A DNA stretch of 64,000 nucleotides from an uncultured delta proteobacterium (GTDB taxonomy: Bacteria > Desulfobacterota > Binatia > UBA9968): positions 75,856 through 139,855 of the forward strand of contig CAWJBB010000065.1 of the NCBI GenBank assembly GCA_963840855.1, written 5' to 3'. Of the stretch, positions 20,602 to 31,181 are shown in pieces. Below the pieces are notes generated by a model, which was not told the DNA's origin, ran no database searches, and worked only from the letters and a program-made list of their open reading frames with translations. Position 1 is the first letter of the stretch. Each line of letters begins with the position of its first letter. Made by a program: the position numbers and the translations under genes.

Positions 20602-23600
20602 TCAAAAACGCTTGCCGATGGATTCCAGTGCCTTCGCCGCATCGGCCTCATCCGGGCTCAGCGCCAGAACCTCGCGGAATTTGAGCTCCGCATCCCGGAT
20701 TCTGCCGAGCTGCGCATAGGCCTTGCCGAGCGCGAGCCGCCAATCATTTCTGCGCCGCCGCATGCGCAGCGCTTCCTCATAGGAACCGGCGGCCTTGTCC
20801 CATATCCCCAATTTCGAATAGACTTCGGCCAGCTCGGAATAGAGGTGATGGGATTCTTCGCCTTTGGCCTTGGAACGTTCAAGCGATTGCTTCGCCTGCT
20901 CGAATATTTTTTTCATCTGCTCGGGATTTTTTTCTTCCTTCGCCTGCGCCGCGGTCAAACGCCCCCAGGCCAGCAGCACCGCGGGATGATCCGGCTGCAT
21001 CTCCCGCGCCGGCGTGAACCATTTTCCCGCTTCCTTGATATCGCCACCATGGAGCGCGATATTGCCCAACCCAAGGTATGGCAGCACCTCCTTGCTCCCC
21101 AGGCCGATGACCTTGCCGTAAACCTCCTTGGCGTCAGGTAAGTACAATTCATCGCTCATCGCCAGAACCTGAGTCGTGCTATCGCGGTCGAGCTCCAGCG
21201 CTTTGAAAATCGCCTTGGCGCCTTCAGAGCTTTTGTCCTGATCGAGCAATACCTTCGCTTGCAGAAGATAAAATTTGGCATTCTTCGGATCCAGGCGAAT
21301 CGCCTGCTCCAACTCTTTCAAGGCCCGGTCACTGGCGACGCTCGCGACGTAGGATTCGGCAAGGTAGTAGTGATGCATTGCCTCGGATACTCCCGGCGGC
21401 GTGCCGGTCTTGAGCCACGGCGGCGTATCGACGAGGTGCGGCGCCATCAAACGCTGGTTCAATGTCGTCGTCGGCCGCCGCAAATTCTTTGGCGCCGAGA
21501 ACTCCAGCTCTGCGCCGTCATCGGTGTTGATATCGGCACGCTTGGAGAACTCCAGCATCGCCTCGCGGCCCATGCGGTAAAAGCCCTGCACCGCGTAAAC
21601 ATCCGAGAGCCCGAGATAGTCAAGATCCGATCTCAACATTGGGTTACTGTCATAGATTGCCTTCACCGCCGCGTAATTGAAGACCTGGGGCCGCTTGCTG
21701 CCGATGAGCAGAAAGTCGCTTTCTTTCATGCCCCAGAGCGAGACATGCGGGAAGGCCTCGGAGAAAGTGCGAAAAACCATACGGAAATCGTCCGGCGACA
21801 TCGAGTAGTTGTGAAACCACTGGGCAAAGATGCCGTCGTCCTTGATTTTCGAATTGATGACCCGATAAAACTCCCGGGTGTAGAGATTGGCGATGCCGGC
21901 GATCCACGGATTGGACGGCTCGGCGGTGATGACGTCGTAATATTTCGGCGTGGCCAGGATATAATTGCGCCCATCGGTGGGGATCACCCGCACCCGCGGG
22001 TCTTCCAGAACGCTCGAATGGCGCGAGTGGCGCGCGTTGCGGAACAGTTTATCGAGGGCGCCGCGATAGTCCTTGTCTTCTGAAAGCTTCATCAAGCGCG
22101 CCCGTTCCGGTTCTTCCATCACGCCTTTGTAATAAAGGCGTTTTTCCCCGCTGTCGTACCAGATCCTGTCTTTCGAGCTGTCCGCCGGAAAGCTCACATT
22201 GGCTGGTAGTTTTTCCATCGACACCCAGGCGTGGTTGAAAAATTTGCTCGCCTCGATCATTGCCGGCTCGATCTCTATGACCTCGATCCCCTTGAGCGAT
22301 TGAAACGTCGCCAGCGCCTTCGCCGACATGCCGCTGCCGAGCCCGATGGTGAGCGCCTGCTCGGCTTTGGGATGAAGCATCATGGGGATGTAGCTGGTCA
22401 TGAGCTGGCTCAGAGCGTCGCCGTAGGAGCCGTCGATCTTGCCATTGGACTTGAAGTAAATATATTCGCTGCCGGTGATCCGGTGCACACTCACCGTACT
22501 GGTCAAACCCTCCTTGTAAAAAAGCACTTCGTCGCGCTTCATTTCCTCGATGCGCAGCGAGTCGCTGGGCACACTTTCGTAGCGGTCATTGTATATCGTC
22601 ACGCCGCTGGTCAAGATATGGCGGTCCCAACGGGGCATGCGAATAGGCACGGCGATGGCCAGCACCAACACAGCCGCGCCCAGGGCGTAACGGGGCAACG
22701 CCGAAAGCCGGGTATCGCTCAACACCAGCCAGCAGCCGATGGCCAGATTCACGACCACGGCAAAAATGATGGAGTTTTGTACGCCAATGTTGGGGATGAG
22801 AATAAAGCCGCCGGCAAAGGCGCCAACCACGGCGCCAACGGTGTTGGCGGAATAAGAGCTGCCCACACCGCTACCCACGCGGTATAAGCTTTGAGTGAAA
22901 AGCCGCGCCACCAGAGGAAAGGTCATTCCCAGGAGCACGGTGGGAATGAACATCACCAGCGCAGAGAGAAAGACCTGAAGGTATAGAAAAACCGTGAAGG
23001 TGTCGCCGAAACCGTGCAGCAGGCGCACAAAAATCAACGGCAGCCGTTCGAACAGCGGTATCGTCGCCAACGCGGCGAGGCCCACCCACAGCTCGATCAA
23101 GCCGAAGGTGCTCAGGCGCGCCTCCCGCTCGCCCATGAAACGGGCGTAAATAAATCCGCCGAGGGCCAGGCCGATCAAAAAAGTCACCAGCATGGTGGTG
23201 AACGAGTAGATCGAGCTGCCGATCACCAGAGTCAACGCCCGCGTCCAGGCGTTTTCGTATACCAGCGAGGCGAATCCGGAGAACGCAAAGGATAACAGGA
23301 CAATCCACCGCAAAGACGAAGACGACGCCTCCGCCGCTGGGACCGCCGCTTCGGCGACCGCGGCCTGGGCGGCGAGATGCTGGGGGTCTTTGTCGCGCAG
23401 GCGGTCAACTAATAAAATGAGCAGCGCGATGACCATGTTCGTCGCGGCGGCGACATAGACCGTCGCCCGCATGCCTATCACCGGAATAAAAACGAAGCCG
23501 GCCGCCGCGCAGCCGATCACAGCGCCTAGTGTATTGGTGGCGTAGAGGTCGCCGACCCGCCGGCCAAATTGGGCGAAGCTGCGCACGAAAAAGCGGCTCA

Positions 23601-24060
23601 AAACCGGCAGGGTCGCCCCCATGAGCAATGTCGGAAAGACCAGCAGGACGAACGATAAGGCGAAGAGAACCAGGTTAAACAAGAAAGGATGACTTTCGTT
23701 GAGGCCAAAGATCGGCCCATAGACTTTTTGCGCCAGGGTGAATAGCCAGGGCACGGCAAAGCCGTAAACGCCGACGCCGGCTTCAAGGATACCGTAAAGC
23801 AAGAAATCGTTCTTGCCCCGGTCCGCGATCTTACCGAACAGATAACTTCCGATCGCCAGCCCCGCCATGAACGCCGACAATACCGTGGCGATCGCGTAGG
23901 TGGTGTTACCGAAAATCTGCGTCAACATGCGCGTCCAGACTACCTGGTAAATAAGCCCGGCGGCGCCGGAAAAGAAAAAACAAAAAAGACCGACTAAAAG
24001 CAGCCAGTCTTGTCGGGAACGCTGTTCAGCCATATCGGTTTCCGTGAGGACCTCCATCAA
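20602..24060 (-). CDS. Fused MFS-like/spermidine-synthase-like protein with C-terminal TPRs
   Basis: Two repeats of SG.A.L.Y...WTR.L TM blocks; IGLGSG, IEIEP, DGRN, TAEPSNPW; TPR tail. Confidence 0.88.
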   Translation of the reverse strand: MMEVLTETDMAEQRSRQDWLLLVGLFCFFFSGAAGLIYQVVWTRMLTQIFGNTTYAIATVLSAFMAGLAIGSYLFGKIADRGKNDFLLYGILEAGVGVYGFAVPWLFTLAQKVYGPIFGLNESHPFLFNLVLFALSFVLLVFPTLLMGATLPVLSRFFVRSFAQFGRRVGDLYATNTLGAVIGCAAAGFVFIPVIGMRATVYVAAATNMVIALLILLVDRLRDKDPQHLAAQAAVAEAAVPAAEASSSSLRWIVLLSFAFSGFASLVYENAWTRALTLVIGSSIYSFTTMLVTFLIGLALGGFIYARFMGEREARLSTFGLIELWVGLAALATIPLFERLPLIFVRLLHGFGDTFTVFLYLQVFLSALVMFIPTVLLGMTFPLVARLFTQSLYRVGSGVGSSYSANTVGAVVGAFAGGFILIPNIGVQNSIIFAVVVNLAIGCWLVLSDTRLSALPRYALGAAVLVLAIAVPIRMPRWDRHILTSGVTIYNDRYESVPSDSLRIEEMKRDEVLFYKEGLTSTVSVHRITGSEYIYFKSNGKIDGSYGDALSQLMTSYIPMMLHPKAEQALTIGLGSGMSAKALATFQSLKGIEVIEIEPAMIEASKFFNHAWVSMEKLPANVSFPADSSKDRIWYDSGEKRLYYKGVMEEPERARLMKLSEDKDYRGALDKLFRNARHSRHSSVLEDPRVRVIPTDGRNYILATPKYYDVITAEPSNPWIAGIANLYTREFYRVINSKIKDDGIFAQWFHNYSMSPDDFRMVFRTFSEAFPHVSLWGMKESDFLLIGSKRPQVFNYAAVKAIYDSNPMLRSDLDYLGLSDVYAVQGFYRMGREAMLEFSKRADINTDDGAELEFSAPKNLRRPTTTLNQRLMAPHLVDTPPWLKTGTPPGVSEAMHHYYLAESYVASVASDRALKELEQAIRLDPKNAKFYLLQAKVLLDQDKSSEGAKAIFKALELDRDSTTQVLAMSDELYLPDAKEVYGKVIGLGSKEVLPYLGLGNIALHGGDIKEAGKWFTPAREMQPDHPAVLLAWGRLTAAQAKEEKNPEQMKKIFEQAKQSLERSKAKGEESHHLYSELAEVYSKLGIWDKAAGSYEEALRMRRRRNDWRLALGKAYAQLGRIRDAELKFREVLALSPDEADAAKALESIGKRF

Positions 24061-24543
24061 ACGAATTCAAGAAGTGATAGCAAGGCGCTATACAAGTGTA
24101 AAGGCTTGCCGGTTCTTTAGACGAATGAATCGGCGCTGGCATCCGCCAACACGCCGGGCCCAGGGCAATGTCAAAGCCACTTTCACTTTACTAAACTGAA
24201 TTCACATTGCGTTTGTCCAAAAATCCCGCCTTCCCGCCCTTTTTCAAAGGGGGGGATAAAAAGTCTCCCTTTGTAAAGGGAGATTTAGAGGGATTTTTAA
24301 TCCGCTCAGACGACTTCGACGAGACCCCCGCGCCGGGCCGCGTTGACTTTCGAAAAATTGTCGTATATTCCTTCATTCCGTTCCGACATGCCGCGTCGAA
24401 CGAGATCTCGCCAAATCCGAAAACCATTTGGGCTAAAGGAATTTCCAGATATATTATCGGGTAGGGCTATCTCAATCGGATTTGATGGCGGCATGCCGAT
24501 GAAGGTCGCAAAACGCATGCAAAACTAAGTTTGGAGGAGACTC

Positions 24544-26118
24544 ATGGCAAAAGCTGCGAGGAAAGAGGGAGCGGCGCCTCAAGAGGTCAAAGACCTGCGC
24601 GCCACGATCGAATGGCTGAAAAAAGAGGGCGACCTGATCGTCACCGACAAAGAGGTCGATCCCGATCTCGAGATCACCGGGATCCAGAAACAATTGGATG
24701 GCGGCTGCCCGATACTGTTCAATAATATCAAGGGTAAGCCCCAGCACCGCTGTGTCACTAATCTCTTCGGCGACATGAACGTCATCAACAAGATGTTCGG
24801 TTGGAAAGACCACACCGATCGCACGAGGAAATTGGCCTACGCTCTCACCCATCCGATTGCGCCGATCATCGTTGATCAAAAGGACGCGCCGGTCCAAGAA
24901 GAAGTGATCGAGAAGCCCGCCGAGGCGAACGACTATGTGGTTCCCATTCGTCACACCGACATCGAGCCCGAACTGACCGTCGGCTCCGGAAACGGCTTGA
25001 TCTCCGGTGAATACTTCGATGGCGGCACGCATATCGGCTATAACCGGATGAATTTCCGTTGGGGCAATGTCGGAACGTTCCAAATCTCCCCCGGCTCTCA
25101 CAGTTGGCAGGTTGTCAGCAAGTATTACAAAGAGAACAAGCTGGTCCCGATGACCATGAATTTTGGTTTGCCGCCATCTTGTACGCTGATGGCGGGAGCC
25201 GGGTTCGACTATGTCATTCTGCCCCAAGGTTGCGATGAGATCGGGATGGCAGGGGCGGTTCAAGGCGCTCCGGTGAAGTTGGTGAAGGCGCGCACAGTTG
25301 ATGCGTTGGCCGTGGCTGACGCCGAAGTTGTCCTGGAAGGATACCTAAACCCGCGCGACCGCCGCTTTGAAACGGCGGAGTCGGAAAAAGCCGGCGTTCA
25401 GGGACGTTTTCACTTCCATCCGGAATGGGCCGGCTACATGGGCAAAGCCTATAAGGCGCCGACGTTCCACGTCACGGCGGTCACGACCCGTAAGCGCGAT
25501 GCCAAGCCGATCATCTTCCCGCTCGGCGTCCACACCCTCGACGATCACAACATCGACACGACAGTGCGCGAAGCGGCGATGTTCGAGCTGTGCGAGAGAA
25601 TGCAGCCGGGAATAATCATGGACGTGAACATCCCCTACTGCATGACCGACTGGGGCGGCGCGATCATTCAAGTCAAAAAGCGCAACAGAATCGAAGAGGG
25701 CTGGCAGCGCAATTTTATGGCGGCGATTCTCGCGACTTCGCAAGGCTCGCGGCTGGTCGTCGCCGTCAGCGAAGACTGCGACCCCTACGACATGGACGAT
25801 ATCATGTGGTGTCTGACTACCCGCGTGAATCCCAAAACGGACATCATCAATCCGCTTCCCGGCGGGCGCGGCCAGACCTTCATGCCCGCGGAACGCATGA
25901 CCGCCGGCGAGCGCGAATGGACGGCGTCCAATACCATGTTTGAGGGCGGCATGGGCATCGACGCCACGGTCCCCTTCGGTTACGAAAACGATTTCATGCG
26001 CCCGGTTTATCCCGTCGACAGAATCGATCTCAAGAAATGGTTCAGCGACAAGGATATCGCAAACGCCAAATCCCGCATGCAAGGCTGGGTGCACTCCCTG
26101 GCTCGCACCGGAAGATAG
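24544..26118 (+). CDS. UbiD-family prFMN decarboxylase, phthaloyl-CoA decarboxylase-like
   Basis: HIGYNRMNFRWGNVGTFQISPGSH, FHFHPEWAGYMGKAY, GRGQTFMPAER and terminal SLARTGR, recalled from phthaloyl-CoA decarboxylases (recall, not a search). Confidence 0.75.
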   Translation: MAKAARKEGAAPQEVKDLRATIEWLKKEGDLIVTDKEVDPDLEITGIQKQLDGGCPILFNNIKGKPQHRCVTNLFGDMNVINKMFGWKDHTDRTRKLAYALTHPIAPIIVDQKDAPVQEEVIEKPAEANDYVVPIRHTDIEPELTVGSGNGLISGEYFDGGTHIGYNRMNFRWGNVGTFQISPGSHSWQVVSKYYKENKLVPMTMNFGLPPSCTLMAGAGFDYVILPQGCDEIGMAGAVQGAPVKLVKARTVDALAVADAEVVLEGYLNPRDRRFETAESEKAGVQGRFHFHPEWAGYMGKAYKAPTFHVTAVTTRKRDAKPIIFPLGVHTLDDHNIDTTVREAAMFELCERMQPGIIMDVNIPYCMTDWGGAIIQVKKRNRIEEGWQRNFMAAILATSQGSRLVVAVSEDCDPYDMDDIMWCLTTRVNPKTDIINPLPGGRGQTFMPAERMTAGEREWTASNTMFEGGMGIDATVPFGYENDFMRPVYPVDRIDLKKWFSDKDIANAKSRMQGWVHSLARTGR

Positions 26119-26334
26119 TCGCTACTAGTAGTCGCTTCGCTCCCGTTCAAGCCGTTCCAGTCGTTCAATTCGTTCAAAACGCTCCCATCAACGTTTTGAA
26201 CGGCTTGAACGATTTGAACGTTTTGAACCATTTACCGATTTTGCGTTGACAAACCCCTACCCTGTTTGATAGCAGTTGTGGCGCATCACGGCACAACCCG
26301 CTTTTTAATCCTTTAAAACAACGAGGCCGAAAGT

Positions 26335-27026
26335 ATGGAGAAACGTCATAAAAAAACGCTCGCTCGTACTTTGGACTGGGGTAGTACCTGCGCCAAAATC
26401 GGGCTTACCGCCGTCCTCTTTATTCCGCCGATATTGACCGTCAGATACGTGGTTCCCCGGCCTGACCGGGGCGGCCCGGTTCAGGTGGCGAAATGGGTGG
26501 AACACGACGCAGCCTAAGGAGCTCGTAAAAATATACTCCATCGTGAAATCCCACCGCCCCGGCATCGCCGACAACGGAGGCCTGGAAAGTTTCCACGCGC
26601 GATTCTCGATGAGAGCGCCAGGCGCGATCTCGATCCGATGCTGGTGTTGGCCGTCATCAAGGTGGAAAGCGGCTTTCGTCGACCAAGCCCTGTCCCCGAT
26701 GGGGGCGCGCGGCATAATGCAGATCATGCCCGAGACGGGAAAATATCTCAGCGAGGAACTGCTCCGGGTCGATGGCTTCAAGACTCGGACTTTCATGCCC
26801 GATCATCTGGATGATCCCGTGCTGAATATCAAACTGGGCGTCTATTATCTCGACGGCCTCAAGAAGCAATTTCGTAATTTGAATCTCGCTCTCCTCGCCT
26901 ACAATCTCGGTCCCGGCGAAATACAAAATCGACTGGACAAATAATATTCACTTCTCGGACGAGTACGCCGCCGTGGTCCTCGACGCGTATCGCGAATATA
27001 AGAAGGCGCAAACGCGAGTCTTCTGA
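26335..27026 (+). CDS. Lytic transglycosylase (SLT domain), several apparent frameshifts
   Basis: LVLAVIKVES, SPMGARGIMQIMP and LALLAYNLGP across frames; N-terminal TM segment. Confidence 0.78.
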
Positions 27027-27153
27027 GCGAATCCACCCACCAAGTTGTGCCCGTTTCGATCTCACCGGCCGTGGCAATCGCCGCGATTTCCGTGTTAAAT
27101 GAAGACTGGTACAGCACTGAGAAACTCTGCGATGAAGGAATGTGAAACCAGCG

Positions 27154-27621
27154 ATGAGCCAGCCGAACCCCTTGCACTTGTCCGCGCAGACGATTGAAGA
27201 CATCTCGGACCACGCCCGGCAGACGTTTCCTGAGGAGTGCTGCGGCGTCATTTTTTCCAACGGCGCCACGGATCGAGTACAGCGCCTGAGCAATATTCAA
27301 AACCGGCTTCACGCCCTCGACCCGCTAACCTATCCGCGCACGGCGGTCATCGCCTACGCGATGGACCCCAAAGAATTGGAGAAAGCGATGGGCGAAGCCG
27401 CCGGCGCCAAGCTCAAAGCCTTCTATCATTCCCATCCCAATCATGACGCCTACTTTTCCGATGAAGACAAGGCTTTCGCTTGCCCCTTCGGCGAGCCAAA
27501 TTTTCCCGGCGCCGCCCAAATCGTCGTGTCGATCTACGGCGGCGCGGTAAGGCGGATCTGCGCCTACGCGTGGTCCGACAGCGCCAACGACTTCGTCGAA
27601 GTCGCGGTGAATAAAGTCTAG
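27154..27621 (+). CDS. JAB/MPN (M67) metallopeptidase, Mec-like
   Basis: PEECCG and FYHSHPNHDAYFSDED JAMM motif. Confidence 0.9.
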   Translation: MSQPNPLHLSAQTIEDISDHARQTFPEECCGVIFSNGATDRVQRLSNIQNRLHALDPLTYPRTAVIAYAMDPKELEKAMGEAAGAKLKAFYHSHPNHDAYFSDEDKAFACPFGEPNFPGAAQIVVSIYGGAVRRICAYAWSDSANDFVEVAVNKV

Positions 27622-27626
27622 ATCCC

Positions 27627-28508
27627 ATGTCCTCGCCGCGGCACAGAGTCGTCGATGCGCGGGGGCTGCCCATTCACTGCCTGGAATGGGGCGAGGCGGC
27701 GGGCGAACCGATCGTCCTCGTGCATGGGTTCTTGGACATGGCGTATAGCTGGTGTTCCTTCGCCGACGCGCTACAGAATAAATTCCAAGAGCCGCTCAGG
27801 ATCGTTGCGCCGGACTGCCGCGGCCATGGCGACAGCGGGTGGGTCGGCGCGGGCGGGTATTATCATTTTCCCGACTACGTCTTCGATCTCGATTGCGTCA
27901 TCCAGGCGCTCGGCGCGCCGCGCTTTAAACTCATCGGCCACTCCATGGGCGGCACCATTTCGATGCTTTACGCCGGCGCCTTTCCAGAACACGTCTCCAA
28001 GCTCGTGCTCATCGAAGGCGTCGGGCCCGCTGGTATGAAATTTTCCGACGCACCGGAGCGCATGGCAACGTGGATCACCGAAGTTCATCAGCGCGGCCGC
28101 AATCATTTTCGCCAGTACACGAGCGTTGAGGCCGGCGCGCGCCAGTTGCGGCAAACCAATCCCAGGCTCGCGGAGGCCGCTGCTTTGGACTTGGCCCGCG
28201 CGGGAATGAAACTAACCGCAGCTGGAAAGTGGCTGTGGAAATTCGATCCGCTCAACCGGACCGCGGCGCCGCAGCCTTTTTACACGGCGCAAGCCCTGGA
28301 GTTTCTGCGCCGCATCCAGTGTTCAGTTCTGATCGTCGACGGCGAACAAAGCCATCAGCGCCAACGCCTGGACAAACAGCAACGCTACGACGCGATTGCC
28401 AAACACGAGCAGGCCGTCATCGAAAACGCCGGCCACATGGTCCACCAGGATAATCCGGAAAAGCTGGCTCAAGTGGTGGCTGATTTTCTAGCCCGCGGAA
28501 AAGGTTGA
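27627..28508 (+). CDS. Alpha/beta hydrolase
   Basis: LVHGFLD, DCRGHGDS, GHSMGG, AGHMVH. Confidence 0.92.
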   Translation: MSSPRHRVVDARGLPIHCLEWGEAAGEPIVLVHGFLDMAYSWCSFADALQNKFQEPLRIVAPDCRGHGDSGWVGAGGYYHFPDYVFDLDCVIQALGAPRFKLIGHSMGGTISMLYAGAFPEHVSKLVLIEGVGPAGMKFSDAPERMATWITEVHQRGRNHFRQYTSVEAGARQLRQTNPRLAEAAALDLARAGMKLTAAGKWLWKFDPLNRTAAPQPFYTAQALEFLRRIQCSVLIVDGEQSHQRQRLDKQQRYDAIAKHEQAVIENAGHMVHQDNPEKLAQVVADFLARGKG

Positions 28509-28743
28509 CTGCGCCGGTAAAATTAAGCGATAGTATGCAACAGATTCGGTTGACAGGGTGCAGAAGGCGGAGGCGGGAGTAATTCCGTTTGAATACGAAT
28601 CGCCATAGGGATGAAGGTTCTTTCGTGAAGCGCGGCAAGCCAAACCGCAAGAAACCGGCGCGGGCAGAAACCGGCGCCGTTGGTCGAAAAAGGTTGAAAT
28701 TAAAATCGATGACAAGGTCGATATCCCGACCGACGGCCAAGCC

Positions 28744-29115
28744 ATGGCTCGGCAGCAAGCGCCCGCGCGCCCCATGCCGCGCGCGACAGCGCCCAATATC
28801 GAGTTGGTGGTCAAACACTTCGAGCGCCGCCGCAAGCTGAGCGAGCAGAAACGGCTTTACTTGCGCGTCGGCGATGGAGTTTCGCACTTGCGCTATGAGG
28901 AGTGGGGCGAGGGCGTCGTGATCGAAGTCATGACGTCGTCCGTGCCGGGCGGCACTTGCTTGGCGCGCATCCGCTTTCAGGATGGCCAGATACGTTGCTT
29001 CAACAACGATCTCGACAACGAAGGCTGCTGTTACTTTTTTGGCCTCCGGCGCTGCTGGAATCCGGCCCAAGCCAGAAACGGCGTCCGTGCGGCATTTTTC
29101 GAGATGAAAGGGTGA
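28744..29115 (+). CDS. Small SH3-like hypothetical protein (DUF3553-like)
   Basis: VGDGVSH..EEWGEGVV..IRFQDG; start uncertain. Confidence 0.5.
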   Translation: MARQQAPARPMPRATAPNIELVVKHFERRRKLSEQKRLYLRVGDGVSHLRYEEWGEGVVIEVMTSSVPGGTCLARIRFQDGQIRCFNNDLDNEGCCYFFGLRRCWNPAQARNGVRAAFFEMKG

Positions 29116-29120
29116 TTGAC

Positions 29121-29453
29121 ATGACGCAGCGAATCCAAGTCCACATCGCGACAATAGCCGTAGCATGGTTTCTCTGGAGCATCTTTCCAGCCGCACCGCT
29201 CCGCGCCGAGGATACTATTGAAAAGGCCGGCGTGGTCACGGGCGTGACGGCGGGCAACATGTGGTTTATTCCTTTGAAAGCGATTTCAGTCTCGATGGGC
29301 GCTATCAGCGGCGCGCTGTCGTTCGTCCTGACCGGGGGCGACGACGAAGTGACGAGGCAAGTCTGGCGCGACACCGTTCAAGGGCCCTATGTCATCACGC
29401 CGGCGGTGGCAAAGAAGGCCATCGGCGAGCGGCCCGAATTGAACATTAAATGA
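29121..29453 (+). CDS. Exported/membrane hypothetical protein
   Basis: Signal-like N-terminus and hydrophobic Gly-rich segment. Confidence 0.6.
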   Translation: MTQRIQVHIATIAVAWFLWSIFPAAPLRAEDTIEKAGVVTGVTAGNMWFIPLKAISVSMGAISGALSFVLTGGDDEVTRQVWRDTVQGPYVITPAVAKKAIGERPELNIK

Positions 29454-29593
29454 AGCTCCTCGGAGCAAAGCTTCGAGGTATCTTTGCGAAATTCTCCGAA
29501 GCCCTTCCACCCTCCTTCGCCAAGGCTATGGAGGGTTCTCCTCGCCTTCATCCTCGCAGCAATCTGCGAGGTATTCGGCGAAGGAGAATAAAA
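29450..29593 (+). mobile_element. About 145 bp dispersed hairpin element, copy 2
   Basis: Near-identical inverted copy of 11999-12144. Confidence 0.7.
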
Positions 29594-29740
29594 AGCGGCA
29601 TGCCGCTCACCCATTTCGGTGAGGCGGCATGCCGCCACACTACTTCATCAGAGTTCCAGCCGTTCAAATAGTTCAAGTCGTTCAAAACGTTTTGAACGGC
29701 TTGAACAGCTTGAACGTTTTGAACTGACTTCCACCCGATA

Positions 29741-30475
29741 CTACGCCAAATACTCCTTGAAGAAACTCGCCGTGCGTCCCCAGGCGTCCTTCGCCGCCTC
29801 CGGGTTATAACGATCGGCGTTGGTATTATTGTTAAACGCGTGCTTCGCGCCGGGATACACTTTGCAATCGAAGTTCTTGCCAGCCTTCGCCAACGCGGCC
29901 TTGAGCGGCTCGACGCCGGGCATGATGTTCGGGTCATCTGCGGCGTAGTTGCCCATCACCGCGCAGGGAATGTTGGCGACGGAATCCAGTGGATCGGGAT
30001 TGCGGCCGTAGTATACGACGGCGGCATTGAGATCCTTGCACTTGGTCGCGAAGTTGAGCGACTGGCCGCCGCCCCAGCAGTAACCCACGACGCCGAATTT
30101 GCCGTTGACGTAATTCTGCTTTTTCATGTACGCCACGGCTGAGGTCAGATCCTCCGCCACCATGCCACCGTTCACCTTTTGGATCTCTTTGGTGGCCTCG
30201 TCGCTACCATTCCACTTATCACTGCCACCGATCCGGCTCATGCAATCAACGGCGATTGCCGCAAAGCCTTCTTTGGCGAAATGGCGCGCGACATCCTTGA
30301 TATGGCCGACGAGTCCTCGGTTCTCGTGAATGACCAGCACCGTTCCCAGGTTCTTGCCGTCCTTGGGCCGCGAAACATAGGCGTTGACGTTTCCCGCGGC
30401 GCCCGGAAACTGCACCATCTCCGATGACAGGGCCGCGTCATTGGGATCGACGATATTATCTATAGTCTGAGCCAT
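29741..30475 (-). CDS. Dienelactone hydrolase family protein
   Basis: IHENRGL, VGYCWGG, YYG, HAFNN; start MAQTID follows a GGAGG RBS. Confidence 0.92.
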   Translation of the reverse strand: MAQTIDNIVDPNDAALSSEMVQFPGAAGNVNAYVSRPKDGKNLGTVLVIHENRGLVGHIKDVARHFAKEGFAAIAVDCMSRIGGSDKWNGSDEATKEIQKVNGGMVAEDLTSAVAYMKKQNYVNGKFGVVGYCWGGGQSLNFATKCKDLNAAVVYYGRNPDPLDSVANIPCAVMGNYAADDPNIMPGVEPLKAALAKAGKNFDCKVYPGAKHAFNNNTNADRYNPEAAKDAWGRTASFFKEYLA

Positions 30476-30756
30476 TGAAACTCCCTCCTTTAAAAATTCT
30501 TGGATACCCCAGCTATAGCGAAAAATGCTTTTCAAAGCTAGAGTCCTGAAACTAAAATTGGTTGACAAAGTTGGGAAGTCCAGGCGGTTTCGCTAGTGCG
30601 GTGAAACTAAAGTGCGCAAATTAATGATTCGTTCGCCCTGCTCCAACGGTATGTAGGGGACGGGTTTCAAACCCGCCCCTACCGATCCGCCATCCGCTTT
30701 CGCGGTGGTTGCCCGGAATGACGTGTAAAGAGGTCCCCGATCTAAAAGACACTACA

Positions 30757-31080
30757 CTAGGTCGAGGTAGAGTTTGATGCCGAGGAAGAGGTTTTAGCGC
30801 TGCTGCTCGAAGAACTTTCGCTCTTCTTGCTCTCGCTTTTCGATTCCGATTTGGCTTCAGCGGGTTTCTCGCCGTTGCCGCTTTTGGCTTCGCCGTTCTG
30901 GCCCTTGCGCGCGTAGTCGGTGACGTACCAGCCGGTGCCTTTGAGTTGAAAGGAAGTATTGGAAATCAGCTTTTTGACCTTGGCTTTGCAGGTGGGACAT
31001 TTGCTTAACGCCTTATCGGTGATCCGCTGGGTGGCCTCGAAAGTGCCACATTTTCGGCATTGATACTCGTAAATAGGCAT
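30757..31080 (-). CDS. FmdB-family zinc-ribbon protein
   Basis: [12 protein letters not shown]...CPTC...[13 protein letters not shown]. Confidence 0.92.
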   Translation of the reverse strand: MPIYEYQCRKCGTFEATQRITDKALSKCPTCKAKVKKLISNTSFQLKGTGWYVTDYARKGQNGEAKSGNGEKPAEAKSESKSESKKSESSSSSSAKTSSSASNSTST

Positions 31081-31181
31081 GCAAAATCCTCAACTTACCG
31101 AACGCTGGTCAATAGCTTAATCACTCCAAATTCGCTTGTCAATTGATCCCCTCGATGGGCGGCCCGCAGCCGGCTGCCCGG

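Noticed and set aside
27154-27621. JAB protein as part of a CBASS or ubiquitin-like defence system
   Set aside because: No CD-NTase, E1/E2 or Ubl neighbours; it resembles a housekeeping Mec-type peptidase.
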